This document shows positions 46,845-64,000 of a DNA stretch of 64,000 bases, in pieces (position 1 is the first letter of the stretch; each line of letters opens with the position of its first letter). A program made the position numbers and the translations under genes. This stretch comes from Lingula anatina (taxonomy: Eukaryota > Animalia > Brachiopoda). Location: contig CM120640.1 of NCBI GenBank assembly GCA_051362555.1, forward strand, positions 71,836,788 to 71,900,787. Reading direction: 5' to 3'. The notes beneath the pieces were generated by a model. It saw only the letters and a list, made by a program, of their open reading frames with translations. It did no database searches and was not told where the DNA came from.

Positions 46845-47471
46845 CACAAAAAGTGCCAATGTCTCCTCCATTTTGCATACTTCTAGATAAAAGCCATATA
46901 CTCAAATAAAATAAGATTTATTAATTTTTGTCAAATTGTGGGAGGAGTCAAAATTTCATGGGGGGAGTCAGATTTTCATTATGAAATTTTGACTCTGGGA
47001 ATCAGATTTTCATGTTACTCCAGGGTATGTGTGTAGTATATGTGTGTTCTAATGCGACATGTCAAATTTAATGCCTTAAAATAAAATAAGACGTTTATTT
47101 GTCATATCCTCTATTTTGACACTTTACTACATGGACAGTCCCCTAACTACTATTTTATTCTGAATTCTTATTATGTAGCTGATCAAAAACAAGAAACAGT
47201 AGAGTGTTACTGTTGTCTTGCCTCGTTTTTCAGTCTAACTTGCTGCTTAGCATATTTTGATTATTTAGTACTGTAAATGTAATGCAGAAAACTGAGCCTG
47301 AGGCAAGGTGCGAATGTTGTTGAACTTACAGGCGGTAAAAATAAAATAAAGGTAATTTAGCCTCCTTTACATCGTTAATAAACAAGCATTTTCCACTGTC
47401 TTAACGCTGAAATTGGTGGGTATATATGCGATCTAAACAGATATAGAGAGGCCAACGGTATTAGTACTTAC

Positions 47472-48032
47472 TGGCTGACGAAAACTTTCACTTTACTTAG
47501 TCTGGCGTTCACTTCCTCACAGTTGTTTTCGTAACCGGAAGTCAGAAATTGACTCAAGATAAGCCGTGTTTATTTTCTTTTAACAGTAAATTATATTTTA
47601 TTTTCGTAAAAAAAGGCAAGTATTTTCATAAAACTGGGCCTGTATGTTGATTTTCTCCTTACACTGCCTAATTAGGCATACGATGTAAACTTGTCTTGTC
47701 TTGAACTAAGAACAGCCTAAATTGTCCAATCACATTTTGTTTTCAACACACACCTCCGAAGCTGATCGCGGATGGATACTAAATATGCCCAATCTTTTAT
47801 TTTATTGATCATTATATGAATAGTAGTTACGTCATTTCCACAAAATATTTTTAAAATGTTGACCCTTAATCTGTCAATAAAACTGTGATTAAAATATACT
47901 TCATTTGTTTGGATTCTATGTTGCATTGCGTCAGTACACAATCTAAGCGGCGAAGAAACCAACATCCGGTAACAGGTGACACGAAACCAAGATTCATTTT
48001 TATCAAAATTGTTGCACCCAGAAGCTTGCAAG
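47472..48032. promoter_or_regulatory. Putative bidirectional promoter of VPS37/AACS
   Basis: Divergent genes. ETS/GABP-type ACCGGAAGT at 47534-47542 and CACTTCCT at about 47510. Minus-strand donor GTAAGT at 47471. CpG-retaining patches. Confidence 0.55.
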
Positions 48033-63846
<15,814 letters not shown>

Positions 63847-64000
63847 GTAAGTTATACCGTAGTTATATTCACCTCATGTGTTAGGATTTTATATATATAT
63901 ATATATATATATATGAGAAAAGACATTGCATATTATTGTGTGTATCCATTTGTGTGTTAGTGCTAACTGACGTAATGAAAGTATTGTGCTGTATTTGTGT

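Overview
AT-rich, intron-rich animal DNA, probably a lophotrochozoan such as a mollusc (inferred from repeat types and composition). Five spliced host genes were reconstructed by hand from GT-AG boundaries and reading-frame continuity: the 3' end of GET1/WRB (+), a lebercilin LCA5/LCA5L-like gene (-), an SH3BGR-like gene with a long acidic tail built from micro-exons (+), VPS37B/C-like (-) and AACS (+, runs off the window). GET1(+)-LCA5(-)-SH3BGR(+) matches the order and orientation of human 21q22.2. Mobile DNA includes an apparently complete DIRS1-type tyrosine-recombinase retrotransposon (30118-34916; ITRs, ICR and three intact ORFs) in the probable SH3BGR 3' UTR and a young 5'-truncated L1/Tx1 LINE with target-site duplication (TSD) in a VPS37 intron. 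There are also a LINE 3' stub, a solo LTR, a MULE/foldback-like element, four MITE families with 5-bp TSDs, a Harbinger-like hairpin MITE and Helentron-like (HINE) elements. The most unusual recurring pattern is tandem arrays that begin at exon ends and multiply splice sites. In the largest (about 26 copies after AACS exon 10), most units form a potential in-frame 60-nt cassette exon. Most short ORFs in the supplied track are repeat artefacts.
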